The notes below the pieces were generated by a model, which saw nothing but the letters and a program-made list of their open reading frames with translations, searched no databases and was not told the DNA's origin. Shown here in pieces: positions 60,431 through 64,000 of a DNA stretch of 64,000 bases. A program made the translations under genes and the position numbers. The number at the start of each line of letters is the position of its first letter. Positions within the stretch are counted from its first letter, which is position 1. Source of the stretch: Gracilinanus agilis (lineage: Eukaryota); NCBI RefSeq assembly GCF_016433145.1, contig NC_058131.1:291075486-291139485 (forward strand). Direction: 5' to 3'.

Positions 60431-61799
60431 GTGGGATACCCGTAGCTAGACCCCTTCTTTTTGCCCAGTTGTTTTCATGTCTACCCAATTCCACTGCTTC
60501 CTCCACACTGCTGCTAAAGTAATTCCCTAATCCTGAGCCTTGAGGTCACTTCTACTCAGTAAATTTCAGTGTTTCCCAATTACCTCCTGGTCTGGTGTTT
60601 ATTAAAGCCTTTCCCAACCTACTTTTTCACTCATTACACATAATGCCCCTTCAGGCATTCTAGATTTTAGCCAAACTGGATCTACTGCTTATCACTGATA
60701 GCACTTAGATCTCCCATGCTTGTCATGCTTGTTCCTCTTCCTGGTCTCAAACACAATCTCTCCTTACTTCTATCTTTCAGAATCCCTAGTATCCTTCCTA
60801 TAGGTCAGGAAATTTTTTGGTTCTGGATCTCCACATACTGCCTGGCACATACATGGAAGGTGCTTAATAAATACATGCTGACTTGGTCAACTTCATCATT
60901 ACTCTCTGGGCCTGTTTTCTCTTGTGGGCAGAGCTGTAAGAGAGGCTCGATGCTATTATTCCATTGCTTGGCTGTAGTCAGATTAACATTCTCCTGAAGC
61001 AGTTAGTTAGGTTTACCTTTTTTTTTTTTTTTTTTTTAACCCTTACCTTTCATTTTAGAATTAATACTGGCAGAAGAGCGGTAAAGGCTAGGCAATAGGG
61101 AGTTAAGTGACTTGTTTAGGGTCACCCAGCTAGGAAGTGCCTGAGGCCAGATTTGAACCCAGGACCTCCAGTCTCTAGGCCTGGCTCTCAATCCACTGAG
61201 CCACCCAACTGCCCCAACAACTTTACCTTATTAATGTGCCCAATCAAATTAGCAAGAGAAGTCCTGGGTCACTCATTAAGCCTTCATAATTTGGCCTTCT
61301 CCTAAATTCATGTTGGGGTTTCCACTAGTTTGATTTCAAGGATACTGGTCTGATTTCAGGTCATTTAAAGTGAATCAGCTCTTTTGGGGGATAAAATACA
61401 TTAAAATTTTTATTTCATTAGATTTTAAAAAATGAGAACAAAACCAGTAGGATCTAAATTCTTTCTTCTGCCCCCAAGGAGAATTTCTCTCAGGAATCTT
61501 TTTCTAGTGACTCTCATGGCCACTGGAGTTCTCATTCTGCCAGGTGTGCTTCAGTCCCGCAAGTCAGGCCTGGAAGCACTGGCTTATAGATACTGTCCCA
61601 CAAAAACACTCTATTTCACAAAAAGTGCCAACCCACCCAGAGTTCTCCAAGTCCAATGAACATAAAAGTAATTTTTAACCTGGGAGAAAAGAGGGAAGAT
61701 ACAGCAAGACAGACTAGGCTTGCAAATCTCATTTCATACCATGACACAAGTACTTAAATATGTAAAAATGTAAACATAGAAACTGAAGCGGTAAATGAT

Positions 61800-61803
61800 C
61801 CAT

Positions 61804-61852
<49 letters not shown>

Positions 61853-62027
61853 AACCCTTAACTTCTGTGCATTGGCTCCTAGGTGGAAGAGCAGTAAGGG
61901 TGGGCAATGGAGGTAAAGTGACTTGCCCAAGGTTACACAGCCGGGAAGTGTCTGAGGCCAGTCTCAAACCCAGGACCTCCTGTCTCTAGGCCTGACTCTT
62001 AATCCACTGAGCTACCCAGCTGCCCCT
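61800..62027 (-). mobile_element. SINE1_Mdo with (TTTA)n tail
   Basis: SINE core; 10-bp TSD GGTAAATGAT at 61790-61799 and 62028-62037. Confidence 0.88.
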
Positions 62028-63619
62028 GGTAAATGATTTTTAACTTGAAAACAAAAATAATATGATGAGGCCGGAGCCTCCCATTCACATTGCAGAGTAT
62101 GACTCGCTGTTCTAGTCAAGAATTACATGTTTTCAACTCTCCTACTACCACTCATACTCCAGAAATCAAAGAACAAGAAACTTTATTTCTATTATATATA
62201 TCCTACAGAAATATTTATATGTGATTTCAATGTCTTTATAAATGCTCCAAATTTTAAGAGTAGCAATTATATATCTGACAATTCAGAGTCCTGTGATCAT
62301 ACACTTATCTCTAATTTTGTTCTGAAATTAAGGCACAAAACAATAGCCTGGTATTCTGCATTTTCCTATCTGGACCCTGACCACACTACTCTTGCCTCTA
62401 AGCTCTTGAATTACAGTGACTCATTTCATTCCTTCGTGCCACGAAGGGCTTTGCTTATCCTGAAAAGAAATGAAGAGAGTTATCAAGTTGTTTGCAAAAT
62501 GGTTTAAGACATCTATCTGAATTCAAATTCATGAAAGTGAAGGAGGCAATTCTTATGAGAAGGTGCAGTTTCAGAGTTTGCTGAAATTTCTTTGAAATCA
62601 CTTTGCTATTACAACATTGTCTTCCCTCTATGCTCTTTTGAAGCATTTATTTCAAGTTTTTCCATCATGGCTATGTATGTAAATTTTATTTTAGAAGAGA
62701 ACACTGGTCTCAAAAAGATTGATTTTTTTCATTTTCTCAGTGATTGGGAGAAAGTTAAAACTACCTGTAGTGAGATTTGATAGCAACAGCAGACCTAGGC
62801 TTTAAGCCTAGTGCTGCCACCCACTAGCTGGTAATTTGTCGATTCTTCTTTGGGACTTTGAGTTTTCTTATCTGTAAGATGAAGGGTGATTTTCGGATTT
62901 AGCTCTAAAATTATATGATGATTATATTAGTAAACTTTGGCATGATGTAGTAGAAAGAGGACTGGGGGTGGGTAGATAGGGTGGAAGGTTAAATATAGGG
63001 CTCTGGAGTCAAAAGCCCTGGGTTGGTCTCCTTGTGTGATTTGCTTACTACCTGCATGATCCTGGACAATTCACTTAACCTCCCAAGGCTTCACTTAATC
63101 TGAAAAAATGAGGATATTAGATTACACTAATAGTTCTCAAAGAGAACACCAAGAGTGAGTTGTACCACAAAGTATAGGAGATTTAGGCTTGTAATCACAG
63201 TTAAAAGATTCCTGACCCTCTTCTCTGCTGCAATTCTTTACAGCAAAGAACACTACACCATGAACAAAAAGTCTGAAAATCAACAGAGTAGATAATCTTT
63301 TCCAGCTCCAAATCCTATGATAATCCTTATTTGAACTTTCTGAACACAGAAACAAAAAGTTAAAAAACCCCAAAACGAAATTTATGTGCTAAGGATAAGC
63401 AATGCTGAGAAATATAACAATTTCCAAAGACAAAAGAAAAAATTTTAGGAAATGGGCCTGTTCTCCTAATTATGCCTCCACAGAAGCAAGATGGGCCATC
63501 TATGAATAAGTATCTACAATCTTTTATTATGGCATAATAACTATTAGAATATTTGAGTCTGGAGCTTTTGTTTACTCATACAAGAATATTAAAGGTAACA
63601 ATTGTGGCCAAACACAATC

Positions 63620-63625
63620 TTTATT
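63620..63625 (-). terminator. Candidate poly(A) signal of a convergent downstream gene (OGFOD1 by human synteny)
   Basis: Minus-strand AATAAA followed by GU-rich GATTGTGTTTGG; second AATAAA at 63523-63528; non-repetitive UTR-like sequence; no coding exon seen. Confidence 0.3.
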
Positions 63626-64000
63626 CAGTGTAGTGAACCTCATTCATAACAATACCAGTTATATAAAAGCCACTAAAAACAGAAACCTGTAGATAAATTC
63701 TAAAAATGAGTGTGCTGGGTATATCCATAATCTCTCTAAAATGAGGCCAGCTGGGGATCGTGATAAAATATGTGGTGTTAATCATTCCCAGAGTAGGGTA
63801 TCTTTTTTAAACTCCAGATTGGAGAGAAGATGAGAATTGTAGAATGAAAACATTTCAGGATCTCTTCATCATAGTAATAATGATGATAATGATGTCCTTA
63901 AGCCAGGACCACCCTCTGCTTTAACCCAATGTTGACCAGTCCATACCTGTAGCACAAAAGGATTTAAATCGTGCCAGAAACCCAACTCAAAGCAGAAAAG

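Overview
Marsupial genomic DNA, most likely the opossum Monodelphis domestica, judged from abundant SINE1_Mdo-type, MAR1/MIR, RTE and L1 repeats; one assembly gap at 9317-9628. The window holds the complete 17-exon BBS2 gene (BBSome subunit) on the + strand: ATG 20234 to TAG 51817, 2166 nt CDS, 721 aa. It has a CpG/GC-box promoter, a perfect palindromic RFX X-box in intron 1, a GC-AG intron 2 and a CAGCAG tandem acceptor at exon 10. The first ~19.5 kb is almost all decayed nested transposons (fragmented RTE LINE, solo LTRs, L1, SINEs). Just 3' of BBS2 is a dense insertion cluster: a Tigger-like MITE, a solo LTR, a hAT MITE, and a 5'-truncated env-less class I ERV. The ERV has an open integrase frame, a fold-back 3' region and an atypical 40-bp flanking duplication. 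An intronless TRIM (RING-B-box-coiled coil-SPRY) pseudogene lacking PRY follows on the - strand. The window end may contain the 3' end of a convergent gene (OGFOD1 by human synteny; no coding exons seen). All coordinates were read by hand; repeat family names are from recognition, not from a database search.
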